This document shows, piece after piece, positions 19,010 through 29,457 of a stretch of 64,000 nt of DNA. The position numbers and the translations under genes were made by a program. A model generated the notes under the pieces. The model searched no databases and was not told the DNA's origin. It was given only the letters and a program-made list of their open reading frames with translations. This DNA comes from Actinomycetes bacterium (GTDB lineage: Bacteria; Actinomycetota; Acidimicrobiia; Acidimicrobiales; JABEUL01). Each line of letters starts with the position of its first letter. The stretch's first letter is position 1. Location: NCBI GenBank assembly GCA_021852345.1, contig JAJZNL010000036.1, positions 99,940-163,939 of the forward strand. Direction: 5' to 3'.

Positions 19010-21094
19010 ATGGAAACTATTTACAAGATAGATCAATCACATTTTTTAAACAGAGAAGTTTCCTGGCTGCGTTTTGCCGAGCGATTAATTGATTTGGCCG
19101 AAGACACGGCTATGCCTCTGATGGAACGAGTCAAGTTTTTGGCCATATATGGTTCAGGAATGGACGAATTTTTTCAAGTTAGAGTTGCGGGACTTTATGA
19201 TCAGTTGGAAGCTGACATCAGAGCTAGATCCACGGACGGCATGACTCCGCTGGAGCAAATTAAGCTCATAAGGGAGATCACGTTGGATCAACAGGAAAGA
19301 ATTGATGCCGTATACCTAAATTCTATAGTTCCCTCTCTGCGCGATGCTGGAATTCAAATTGCCGATTATTGCGACCTGGACTCAAACGACAGCGAATATC
19401 TTGATGGGTTGTTTAATGCAAAGATTGCACCAGTTCTGACTCCGTTGGCGGTGGACCCTAGCCACCCATTTCCTTACCTTTCTAACTTGTCGCTTAATCT
19501 GGCAATTATAGTGGCGGACCCCGTGACCGGGTCTCAACGCTTTGCCCGAGTTAAGGTACCTCAGGAAGTATTGGAAAGATTTGTTTTACTTCCAGACAAA
19601 AATCGATTTGTAACCGTAGAGCAGGTAATTGCCGCACACCTTCCAGAACTATTTTCAGATATTGCAGTATTGTCTCATTTTACATTCAGGGTCACCAGAA
19701 ATGCTGACCTGACTTTAGTTGAAGAAGAAGCTGACGATCTTTTGGAAGCAGTCGAGATGGAACTCAGGCGACGAAGATTTGGTAGGGCCGTAAAACTTGA
19801 TTTACAGTGGGGCGCAACAGATTATATTAAAGATTTTCTGACCAAGGAGTTGGAGCTGACCGAAGAGGATGTATATTTCTCTAAGTCTCCGTTGGACTTA
19901 AATTCACTTATGGCGGTCTATGCAATTGACAGACCGGATTTGCATCAAAAACCTTTTAAGTCAGTGCCTTCTGCTGATTTAATGGGGAAACATGCTAGTG
20001 CTAACGAATTATTTAAGGCCATTAAATCCAAAAATATCATGGTTCAACACCCCTATGAGTCATTTACGACATCGGTCACTGCACTAATCGAAAGAGCTGC
20101 ATCCGATCCTAAGGTTTTGGCGATTAAGCAAACACTTTACCGAACGTCGGGAGATTCTCTCATTGTTAAGTCTCTCATAAAGGCCGCCGAAAATGGCAAA
20201 CAGGTAGCGGTTCTCATCGAGCTAAAGGCAAGATTTGACGAGCAAGCCAACATCGAATGGGCAAAGGTAATGGAAAGAGCGGGGGTACACGTAGTCTATG
20301 GCCTTGTCGGGCTAAAGACTCATGCAAAGTGTGTTTTGATTGTGAGACACGAGCAGGATTCCTTGGTTAGATATTGTCACATTGGCACGGGAAATTACAA
20401 CTCTAAAACCGCCCGGATGTATGAGGATTTAGGTATTTTAACGGCTGACGAAGAGATCGGAGCGGATCTGTCCGAATTGTTTAACTACCTGACCGGATAT
20501 TCGAAACAGTCTAAATATCGAAAGTTGGTAGTTGCACCCTCAAACTTAAGACGGTTCATAATCAATAAAATCCAAGAGCAGGCTCAACTTAAAGATCAAG
20601 GTTACATTGCTATAAAGGTAAACGGACTTACCGACAGAGACATAATAGAAGCTTTATATAGGGCCTCTTCTAGCGGCGTTAAGATCGACCTTCTCATCAG
20701 AGGGGTCTGTTCTTTGTTGCCTGGTCTTAAAGATGTCTCCGATAATATAACTGTCAGATCTATAGTCGGCAGATTTCTTGAACACTCGAGAATTCTTAGA
20801 TTCGGCAAAGAAGATCCGGAATATTTTATTGGGTCTGCGGATTTAATGGAAAGAAACTTGGATCGTCGGGTAGAGGTATTGCTGCCCGTTAAAGACGAAG
20901 AAATAAAATCGAGGTTGGAAGGGATATTAGAAATTGAGTTGGTAGATGATGTAAATTCATGGGAGCTACAACCAGACGGAACTTATAAAAGAATCAGTGG
21001 TCTTAAAAGAGTAAATTGTCAGGAAATTTCAATTGACATGGCTAACGACCGTGCCTTCTTGGAAAATCATATGGCCAAATCAGACAATTTCTAA
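19010..21094 (+). CDS. ppk1: Polyphosphate kinase 1
   Basis: NREVSWL, DEFFQVRVAG, HPFP, HPYESF, IKQTLYRT, ELKARFDE, KTHAK, HIGTGNYN, RFLEHSR, GSADLMERNLDRRVE. Confidence 0.97.
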   Translation: METIYKIDQSHFLNREVSWLRFAERLIDLAEDTAMPLMERVKFLAIYGSGMDEFFQVRVAGLYDQLEADIRARSTDGMTPLEQIKLIREITLDQQERIDAVYLNSIVPSLRDAGIQIADYCDLDSNDSEYLDGLFNAKIAPVLTPLAVDPSHPFPYLSNLSLNLAIIVADPVTGSQRFARVKVPQEVLERFVLLPDKNRFVTVEQVIAAHLPELFSDIAVLSHFTFRVTRNADLTLVEEEADDLLEAVEMELRRRRFGRAVKLDLQWGATDYIKDFLTKELELTEEDVYFSKSPLDLNSLMAVYAIDRPDLHQKPFKSVPSADLMGKHASANELFKAIKSKNIMVQHPYESFTTSVTALIERAASDPKVLAIKQTLYRTSGDSLIVKSLIKAAENGKQVAVLIELKARFDEQANIEWAKVMERAGVHVVYGLVGLKTHAKCVLIVRHEQDSLVRYCHIGTGNYNSKTARMYEDLGILTADEEIGADLSELFNYLTGYSKQSKYRKLVVAPSNLRRFIINKIQEQAQLKDQGYIAIKVNGLTDRDIIEALYRASSSGVKIDLLIRGVCSLLPGLKDVSDNITVRSIVGRFLEHSRILRFGKEDPEYFIGSADLMERNLDRRVEVLLPVKDEEIKSRLEGILEIELVDDVNSWELQPDGTYKRISGLKRVNCQEISIDMANDRAFLENHMAKSDNF

Positions 21095-22180
21095 CATCCT
21101 GTCTAGAGCAAGTTTAGCCATTGCCTTTGTCTTTTCATTTACCTTTATTTGGTTGGTAACTTGACCTTCGACCAAGAGTTCCAATATCCAGGCAAGATGT
21201 TTTAAATCTATTCTGAACATCGTCGCACACGGGCAAATTAACGGGTCCAAAGAAATTACAGTTTTATCGGTGTTTTCGTTTGCCAAGCGGTTTACCAAGT
21301 GAATTTCAGTACCGACACCGAATATTGCGCCAGCTGGAGCTGCGGTAATTGTTTTAATAATAAAATCGGTGGACCCGGCTAAGTCTGCTTTTTCTACGAC
21401 TTCATGCGAGCATTCTGGATGTACTATTACCTGCCCGGTTGAGTATTGTTGTCTAAATTCGTTAATGTTGGCAACGCTAAAGCGTTGATGAATCGAACAG
21501 TGCCCTTTCCACAGAATAAACTTTGCTTCGGTTAGCTCTTTTTTATCGTTTCCGCCAAGGTCCAACTGGGGATCCCATAATACCATATCGCTATGATCGA
21601 ACCCAAGTTCAAAAGCTGTATTGCGACCCAAATGTTGATCCGGAAAAAATATGATTTTAGAGTCGGGTGATTTGTCTAAGGCCCACTTAACTACTGATTT
21701 TGCGTTTGATGAAGTACAAACACTTCCCCCATTTTGTCCTACAAATGCTTTTAGGGTGGCAGCTGAGTTGATGTAGGTAATCGGAACTACGTTTTGTATG
21801 TCAACGATGGCCTGTAAATCTTGCCAGCATTGCGAGATTTGATCTATATCTGCCATATCCGCCATTGAACATCCGGCATTTAGATCAGGCAAAATAACTA
21901 TTTGATCATCTAAAGTAAGTATGTCTGCGGCTTCTGCCATAAAATGAACTCCGCAGAACACTATGTATTTTGCCTTGGCTTGTTTGGCCGCTAATTTTGA
22001 TAACGCGAGAGAGTCCCCTTTTGCGTCGGCAAACTGAATTATTTCGTCTCGCTGATAGTGGTGACCCAGTATGAAAAGTTTTTCGCCGAGAATATCTTTT
22101 GATTTCTTAATGGAGTCAATCAATTCAGAATTATCAGCCTCACTGAATTTTGACGGAAGCGGTTTCTGCATCCGAAACAT
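21080..22180 (-). CDS. nadA: Quinolinate synthase A
   Basis: ILGHHYQ, VFCGVHFMAE, GCSMADM, YINS, CTSSNA, VHPEC, GTEIHLV, CPCATM; SD GAGGT. Confidence 0.95.
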   Translation of the reverse strand: MFRMQKPLPSKFSEADNSELIDSIKKSKDILGEKLFILGHHYQRDEIIQFADAKGDSLALSKLAAKQAKAKYIVFCGVHFMAEAADILTLDDQIVILPDLNAGCSMADMADIDQISQCWQDLQAIVDIQNVVPITYINSAATLKAFVGQNGGSVCTSSNAKSVVKWALDKSPDSKIIFFPDQHLGRNTAFELGFDHSDMVLWDPQLDLGGNDKKELTEAKFILWKGHCSIHQRFSVANINEFRQQYSTGQVIVHPECSHEVVEKADLAGSTDFIIKTITAAPAGAIFGVGTEIHLVNRLANENTDKTVISLDPLICPCATMFRIDLKHLAWILELLVEGQVTNQIKVNEKTKAMAKLALDRMLEIV

Positions 22181-22636
22181 CGTTACCTCACTTTAAAACA
22201 AGGATCTCAATTCCGTCGGCAGAGTTATCTGGAACCTCTGCGGATATGGCGACCATGAGATCAGACACCGTTGTTTTATCCAGACCGGTACTTATATTCT
22301 AGTGTTGTTTTTTAGAATCAGCTGTCATATTTACATTAAATTTTGCGTTGGAAGGTTTCCGCCTTAAGGTGCTCTATTGGCCAATGAATGCAAAAATAAT
22401 TACTAGAAACAGTTAATTGTAATCGTCGGTTCGTTGTGGTTATAATCGTGTTGGTCTTCTTTGAATGTGAAATTAAAGGATTTAATGAGTAAATAGTCAT
22501 TAGTATAAATTTACGTATCGGATTTAATTTTGTCTTGGGTCGTGGCTAGCCAGTGGTTAGCTAATTGATGTTAGAGTATATCCACTTGAGCCAACAAGAT
22601 ATGATGGCTTTGCTGATCCGCTACAATTATGAATAT

Positions 22637-24499
22637 ATGGAACGTCCCGAAAATATACCAGATGCGCCAGGATCTTATCAATTTTTGGATTCAGATAATC
22701 GAATAATATATGTCGGCAAAGCAAAGTCTTTAAAAAATCGGCTCGGGAGTTACTTTAATAATCAATCCAGCTTAGATCCTAAGACTTCACAAATGTTGTC
22801 CAAGGCTACAAAGGTAGAGTGGATCCAAGTAAAAACCGAACAGGATGCTCTCATATTGGAAGACAGCCTTATAAAGCGCTACAGTCCTAGGTTTAATATT
22901 CGTCTTAGGGATGATAAATCATACCCAAGCGTTGCAGTCAATATTAAACACGACTGGCCAAGGTTGTTTGTAACTCGAAATTTAAAATTGAAAAATTCAA
23001 AGTATTTCGGGCCGTATGTAAATGCGGGAGCGATAAAAGAAACCCTGGAAACTTTACAAAAAATATTTCCCACTCGAAGTTGTACCGATGCTGATTTGGC
23101 ACAGCATATTAAGTCAAATAAGCCCTGTCTGATGTATCATATCAAACGATGCAGCGGACCGTGCGTGGGTGAAATCACCTCATCAGAATATAGGACTCTT
23201 TTAAACGGAGCCATGAAGGTGCTCGGAGGTGAAACTCAAGCCATTAAGCTAACCCTTCAATCAAAGATGGAGGAGCTATCAACAAACCTTAACTTTGAAC
23301 AGGCGGCTAAGGTGAGGGACCGAATATCTGACATCGGTGAAATTGAAAAAAGACAAACTATTTCTATGTCCAATAATATTTCGGCCGATGTATTTGCAAT
23401 AGCAGTAGGACAGTTACATGCAGCCGTTAAGGTATTTACGGTTAAAAATGGTTTATTGATCGGGCACAAAGGTTTCTTTGTCGACAGAGTTGAACCTCTA
23501 AGTGGCGAAGAGCTTATTGCTAAAGCGGTTGTCTCGCACTACTCTGAACAGGCAGATCCAGAAGTTGAGTTTGAATCAATACTCGTAAGCCATATCCCAA
23601 CTGATGTTAAGTTGCTGCAGCATTGGCTTGCAGAAAAGTTTGGCCATACTATCTTATTGTCATCTCCCAAGAGCGGAGCCAAGTATGAACTGTTGCAGGT
23701 GGCAATAGATAATGCTAAAGAGGCCCTAGAAAGACAGACCTTTAAGCGAGCTTATGATTTTAATTCAAGATCCGTACTTTTGACTGACTTAAAAAATATT
23801 CTTAAATTAAAAAATGTTCCCTATAGAATCGAATGTTACGATTGCTCTCATCTGTTCGGAACAAATTACGTAGGGTCAATGGTAGTTTTCGAAGACGGGC
23901 TACCTAAAAAAAGTGACTACCGAATTTTTAAGGTTAATACTAATAAGAATGATGATTACTTAGCGATGCACGAAGTTTTAACAAGAAGATTTAAAAGGAT
24001 GATTTCAGATACTTCAAGCGACGCAAGTTTTCGACTAAAACCGGACTTGGTGGTAATTGACGGAGGCAAGGGTCAGCTTAAAGTAGCTTATGAAGTATTG
24101 AGTGATTTAAATATAGATGTTGGTTTGGTATCGCTGGCTAAACAATTCGAGGAGATATTCTTTCCTAATCAATCTCAGCCGCTTAGGATATCCAGAAACT
24201 CCGAATCGCTTTTTTTGCTTGAACGTCTCAGGGACGAATCTCATCGCTTTGCAATAAGTCATCACAGGAAGTTAAGGTCTAAATCCGCTATAGTTTCGGA
24301 GTTACGAAATATATCTGGGGTGGGGCCGAAAACCGAAACTTTATTGTTTGATAAATTTAGAACGGTTTCCAAGATTAAAGAAGCTTCGTTGGAGGAGCTA
24401 ATGCAAACTGAATCGTTGCCCGAAACCGTTGCCAAACAAATCTATTCTTATTTCCATGACGACCTCTCTTTTCACCATGATACTTCGGGTGCGATTTAA
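22637..24499 (+). CDS. uvrC: Excinuclease ABC subunit C (ORF open from 22565; likely start MERPENIP at 22637)
   Basis: GIY-YIG (PGSYQF..IIYVGKAKSLKNRL), DDKSYP, RIECYDCSH, DLVVIDGGKGQL, RDESHRFA, HhH GVGPK. Confidence 0.96.
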   Translation: MERPENIPDAPGSYQFLDSDNRIIYVGKAKSLKNRLGSYFNNQSSLDPKTSQMLSKATKVEWIQVKTEQDALILEDSLIKRYSPRFNIRLRDDKSYPSVAVNIKHDWPRLFVTRNLKLKNSKYFGPYVNAGAIKETLETLQKIFPTRSCTDADLAQHIKSNKPCLMYHIKRCSGPCVGEITSSEYRTLLNGAMKVLGGETQAIKLTLQSKMEELSTNLNFEQAAKVRDRISDIGEIEKRQTISMSNNISADVFAIAVGQLHAAVKVFTVKNGLLIGHKGFFVDRVEPLSGEELIAKAVVSHYSEQADPEVEFESILVSHIPTDVKLLQHWLAEKFGHTILLSSPKSGAKYELLQVAIDNAKEALERQTFKRAYDFNSRSVLLTDLKNILKLKNVPYRIECYDCSHLFGTNYVGSMVVFEDGLPKKSDYRIFKVNTNKNDDYLAMHEVLTRRFKRMISDTSSDASFRLKPDLVVIDGGKGQLKVAYEVLSDLNIDVGLVSLAKQFEEIFFPNQSQPLRISRNSESLFLLERLRDESHRFAISHHRKLRSKSAIVSELRNISGVGPKTETLLFDKFRTVSKIKEASLEELMQTESLPETVAKQIYSYFHDDLSFHHDTSGAI

Positions 24500-24837
24500 A
24501 TCTTAAATCCCAATAATGGATTCAACGGTAATTGAGTCGTGCCTGCCTCGGCAATATTATTGTTAGTACGATTTCAAAAATTGTCTCTAAAATGTCATCC
24601 CGGTGAAGACATTTCTTGTTTCGTCGTCGGTCATCGTCGTTTGTCGGCGGCACGGATTTACATTGAATTCTTAGAATGGGACGCTTAATAAAACTCAAAG
24701 CCTGTATGCATCAGTACTGATAAGAATAATTCGTTAGATCTAATTAAAAAATTGACACCTTTAAATTAGCGCCTATAAACTAAAACTAGGAAACAAAATG
24801 TTATGACAGTTATGAAAGTCAATTACCAAATTGTAAA

Positions 24838-25731
24838 TTGGTTGTAAAGGTACCATATCAGATGCCAAATGAAATTTTAATTGTGGTGGGAATGTCAGGT
24901 GCCGGTAGGTCTACCGCCGCCGATGTCTTAGAAGACCTCGGATGGCTCGTAATTGATAATCTTCCAAGCTCGCTGTTAGAGAAAATCGGTGATTTGGCGA
25001 TGAGTTCTAAAAATGAATCTCGTAATATAGTTTTGGTGTTGGGCAGGAGCACACCCTTTGAGTTTGGAGAGCTTCTGATTGCTTTAGACGAACTTAAAGC
25101 GCGAGAGAAAACAATGAAGATTCTTTTTTTGGATGCGACAGACGATATTCTATTGCGCCGCTTTGAAGGTACCAGAAGAAAACACCCTGTTGAAGGCTCC
25201 ACTCTTTCTGAGTCAATTCACCTTGAAAGAGAGAATTTATTTGCACTCCGAGCCAAAGCGGATGTTGTAATCGATACAACTGAACTAAACGTGCATCAAT
25301 TTGCTGACAAGATTAAATCGCTGTTTAGCGACGAAGACACGGTTGGTCTGAAAGTCCAAGTGGTTTCGTTTGGTTATTCTTACGGAATCCCCATGGATGC
25401 CGATCTTGTAATGGATGTAAGATTTTTGCCAAATCCTTACTGGGAGCCAACACTTAAAGAAAAGACCGGTCTGGATAAACCGGTGTCTGATTTTGTATTG
25501 AAGTCGGAGGCGACCCAAGAATTTGTGGATCGCTTTACCAAATTGCTTGATACGGTAATCCCGGGTTATAAAAATGAGAGTAAAAGTTATCTAACCATTG
25601 CCATAGGATGCACTGGCGGCAAACACCGCAGTGTAGCTTTAGCGGAATTCATTGGTGGCTATATTCAAGGGAGTGGTTTAAAAGTCGTGATAAAGCATCG
25701 AGACGTCAATCGCGGGGCACCCATTCATTAA
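24838..25731 (+). CDS. rapZ: RNase adapter RapZ / YvcJ P-loop NTPase (start may be ATG 24859)
   Basis: GMSGAGRS P-loop, IDNLP, SFGYSYGIP, DVRFLPNPYW, IGCTGGKHRSV. Confidence 0.93.
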   Translation: MVVKVPYQMPNEILIVVGMSGAGRSTAADVLEDLGWLVIDNLPSSLLEKIGDLAMSSKNESRNIVLVLGRSTPFEFGELLIALDELKAREKTMKILFLDATDDILLRRFEGTRRKHPVEGSTLSESIHLERENLFALRAKADVVIDTTELNVHQFADKIKSLFSDEDTVGLKVQVVSFGYSYGIPMDADLVMDVRFLPNPYWEPTLKEKTGLDKPVSDFVLKSEATQEFVDRFTKLLDTVIPGYKNESKSYLTIAIGCTGGKHRSVALAEFIGGYIQGSGLKVVIKHRDVNRGAPIH

Positions 25732-25732
25732 C

Positions 25733-25759
25733 TCAGGTAAATTGATTCAGGTAAATTGA
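25733..25759 (+). repeat. Tandem 13-bp direct repeat TCAGGTAAATTGA x2
   Basis: Exact copies at 25733-25745 and 25747-25759 right after the rapZ stop. Confidence 0.7.
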
Positions 25760-26107
25760 ACCGGGCCTTAAATCTTGACCGCGGGAAAGCTAGGAAATGA
25801 CGCACGTCAATTGTAGTTATTGTAATAGTGTGGTTTTAGCGTCGGATGGTTTTGCGGTTGTCGGTGACTTAGATATCTATTGTCAGTTTCAAATTTCAGC
25901 GGTTTAAATTTAAATCCGTTACCTGTTTGGTTGCAAATTATCTGTTTTATAAAGTGATAGTTAATGGTGTTAGGTATCACTTTTAGCTATCTCAGCAAAG
26001 TTAATAATGATACCTGAAACTGAAAAAAAGATTATTTTAGTTAAATTATTTTCAAATAATGCTAATAGGCACTAAAATTGCTAAGGCTTAAGATTTTAAA
26101 ATCATGA

Positions 26108-27157
<1,050 letters not shown>

Positions 27158-27169
27158 GGCGGTTGTTGA

Positions 27170-28321
27170 ATGCTTAAAATCCCCACAATCAGAGATTTGG
27201 ATGATTTACAAAACAAGCGAGTTTTGTTGCGAGCGGATTTTAATGTCCCTCTGAAAAAAGATTCGGATGGCAACATTAAGGTTGCAGACGATTTTAGAAT
27301 CAGGGCAGCATTCCCGACAATTGACTATTTGTTGAACAAAGGCGCAAAAGTTACAATTTGTACCCATCTAGGTAGACCTAAAGGCGAGCAAGTCGACAAA
27401 TGGGTAATTGCTCCGGTAGCAGAGGTTTTGCACGAAAAATACCCCGACGTGGATATCATGGAGAATTTAAGATTTGATATCGGCGAGGAAAAAAATAATC
27501 CTGATTTTGTTCAAAAGCTTATCTTTGGACAGGATATTTATGTAAACGACGCTTTCGGAGTGTCTCATCGAGAGCATGCCTCTATCGTAGGTCCTCCAAA
27601 ATTTTTACCGTCGGCTGCAGGGTTTTTAATTGAAGAAGAGTTGAGCGTACTTTGTAGACTTTTGCACGGACCTCAGAAACCTTATATTGCTATCGTCGGC
27701 GGAGCAAAAGTTTCCGATAAATTGGGAGTGGTGGGTTCATTGGCAAAAGTTGCCGATTATGTTTTGATCGGCGGAGCCATGTCGTTTTCGTTTCTAAAGG
27801 TACAAGGTCATTCCATCGGAGAGTCGATGATAGAAGAGCATATGCTTGACGAATGCTCTCAACTTTTGCAAAATTTTAACAATATCTTGTTACCCGAAGA
27901 TTTTGTTGCATTATCATACGACGGTAAATTTGGAGATGCAGGTCAATCTGGAGAGGTTAGAATCTTTAACGGTGACATCGAAGATGGCTACAGAGGGCTT
28001 GATATTGGATCATTCACGATTGAAAAATATCTGAAATACATTAAAGAAGCCGGTACGATATTTTGGAACGGTCCGATGGGCGTTTGTGAAGACACAAGAT
28101 TTTTTAATGGGACGTATCAAATCGCTCAAGGCGTAATCGATTCGAAGGCCTACAGCGTAATTGGCGGGGGAGACAGCGCAAAGGCGCTGGCTGATTTCCA
28201 TCTAAACGGTCAACCCGATTACGTTTCGACCGGCGGGGGCGCAAGCATGGAATTTTTGGAATATGGTGATTTACCGGGCATCAAAGCATTACGTGAAGGT
28301 ATGACTGTCAAGAACAGTTAA
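27170..28321 (+). CDS. pgk: Phosphoglycerate kinase
   Basis: RADFNVP, HLGRP, ENLRF, VNDAFG..HR.HAS, GGAKVSDK, WNGPMG, GGGDS, STGGGASMEFLE. Confidence 0.96.
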   Translation: MLKIPTIRDLDDLQNKRVLLRADFNVPLKKDSDGNIKVADDFRIRAAFPTIDYLLNKGAKVTICTHLGRPKGEQVDKWVIAPVAEVLHEKYPDVDIMENLRFDIGEEKNNPDFVQKLIFGQDIYVNDAFGVSHREHASIVGPPKFLPSAAGFLIEEELSVLCRLLHGPQKPYIAIVGGAKVSDKLGVVGSLAKVADYVLIGGAMSFSFLKVQGHSIGESMIEEHMLDECSQLLQNFNNILLPEDFVALSYDGKFGDAGQSGEVRIFNGDIEDGYRGLDIGSFTIEKYLKYIKEAGTIFWNGPMGVCEDTRFFNGTYQIAQGVIDSKAYSVIGGGDSAKALADFHLNGQPDYVSTGGGASMEFLEYGDLPGIKALREGMTVKNS

Positions 28322-28395
28322 TATTTTAAGATCGATATGGTTATTGTTACGACAATCGGGCAATTAACCTTTATAAATTTATACATTATACAATA

Positions 28396-29181
28396 GTGAC
28401 ATCGGAAAAAATATTTAGAAAAAAAATAGTTTGCGGAAACTGGAAAATGAATCACAGCCATTATGAAGCTGTACAGACGATTCAGCAGCTTAAAGCAACA
28501 CTCTCGGAAGCCGAACTTACTAAAGTCGACGTAGTCATACATCCACCCTTTACGTCGCTTAGGTCACTTCAGACTATTTTTGAAGCTGAAAAATTGGGTA
28601 TATTCTTGGGGGCTCAACACTGTTACTTTGAAAAAAGCGGTGCCTATACGGGTGAAGTTTCTCCGGACATGCTTGTTAAGTTGCATGTTAGTCACGTGAT
28701 TGTAGGGCATTCTGAAAGACGCACTCTGTTTTATCAAACTGACGAAATAGTTAACAAAACAGCAAAGGCGATAGCCGAAGCTCAAATGATCCCGGTGGTT
28801 TGTGTGGGGGAAGCTTTGGATGTAAGAGAGTCAGGTGAACATTTTAATTTCGTGACCAGCCAACTTGAAGCAGCACTTAAAGGAATAAAAGTGGAGATTG
28901 TCAAAAAGATGCTCATTGCATACGAGCCAATTTGGGCTATCGGAACGGGAAATAATGCCATCGCTGACGACGCTCAGGCAATGTGTCAGTCAATTAGAGC
29001 CAAGTTGGCTCAACTATATGACGAGGACACTGCTAGTTTGTCACGTCTATTGTATGGTGGGTCAGTTAACGAAGATAATGCAGGTTCTTTTTGTAAGAAA
29101 ACCGACGTTGATGGACTTTTGGTCGGTGGTGCATCCCTGGATGGAGTAAAATTTGGTAACGTTATTAAGGCAGTAATTTAG
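28396..29181 (+). CDS. tpiA: Triosephosphate isomerase
   Basis: GNWKMN, GAYTGEVS, GHSERR, AYEPIWAIGTG, LYGGSV, LVGGASL. Confidence 0.97.
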   Translation: MTSEKIFRKKIVCGNWKMNHSHYEAVQTIQQLKATLSEAELTKVDVVIHPPFTSLRSLQTIFEAEKLGIFLGAQHCYFEKSGAYTGEVSPDMLVKLHVSHVIVGHSERRTLFYQTDEIVNKTAKAIAEAQMIPVVCVGEALDVRESGEHFNFVTSQLEAALKGIKVEIVKKMLIAYEPIWAIGTGNNAIADDAQAMCQSIRAKLAQLYDEDTASLSRLLYGGSVNEDNAGSFCKKTDVDGLLVGGASLDGVKFGNVIKAVI

Positions 29182-29226
29182 CCTTTCTTTCTTTCGTGAA
29201 ATAATTGTTTAGTTCTGGAGTATGCG

Positions 29227-29457
29227 TTGTTAACCGATTTTATAGTTGCTATTAATGTATTGTCCTCATTAGGTCTAATAGTTCTGGTGCTTTTACACTC
29301 TGGTAAAGGTGGCGGTCTTTCTGACATGTTTGGTGGATCGGTAGGAGCAGCAGCAGCAGGTTCTACAATGGTTGAAAAAAATCTTGATAGATTAACACTG
29401 GTATGTCTCGCGCTGTTTGCATTTACAACTGTTATCGTAGCATTACGTTGGTCGTGA
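29227..29457 (+). CDS. secG: Preprotein translocase subunit SecG
   Basis: LVLLHSGKGGGLSDMFGG..VEKNLDRLT; canonical position after tpiA. Confidence 0.95.
   Translation: MLTDFIVAINVLSSLGLIVLVLLHSGKGGGLSDMFGGSVGAAAAGSTMVEKNLDRLTLVCLALFAFTTVIVALRWS

Noticed and set aside
22181-22636. SOS (LexA) box or PafBC motif upstream of uvrC (also checked before dnaE)
   Set aside because: No GAAC-N4-GTTC and no correctly spaced TGTCGG-N10-TAnnnT found
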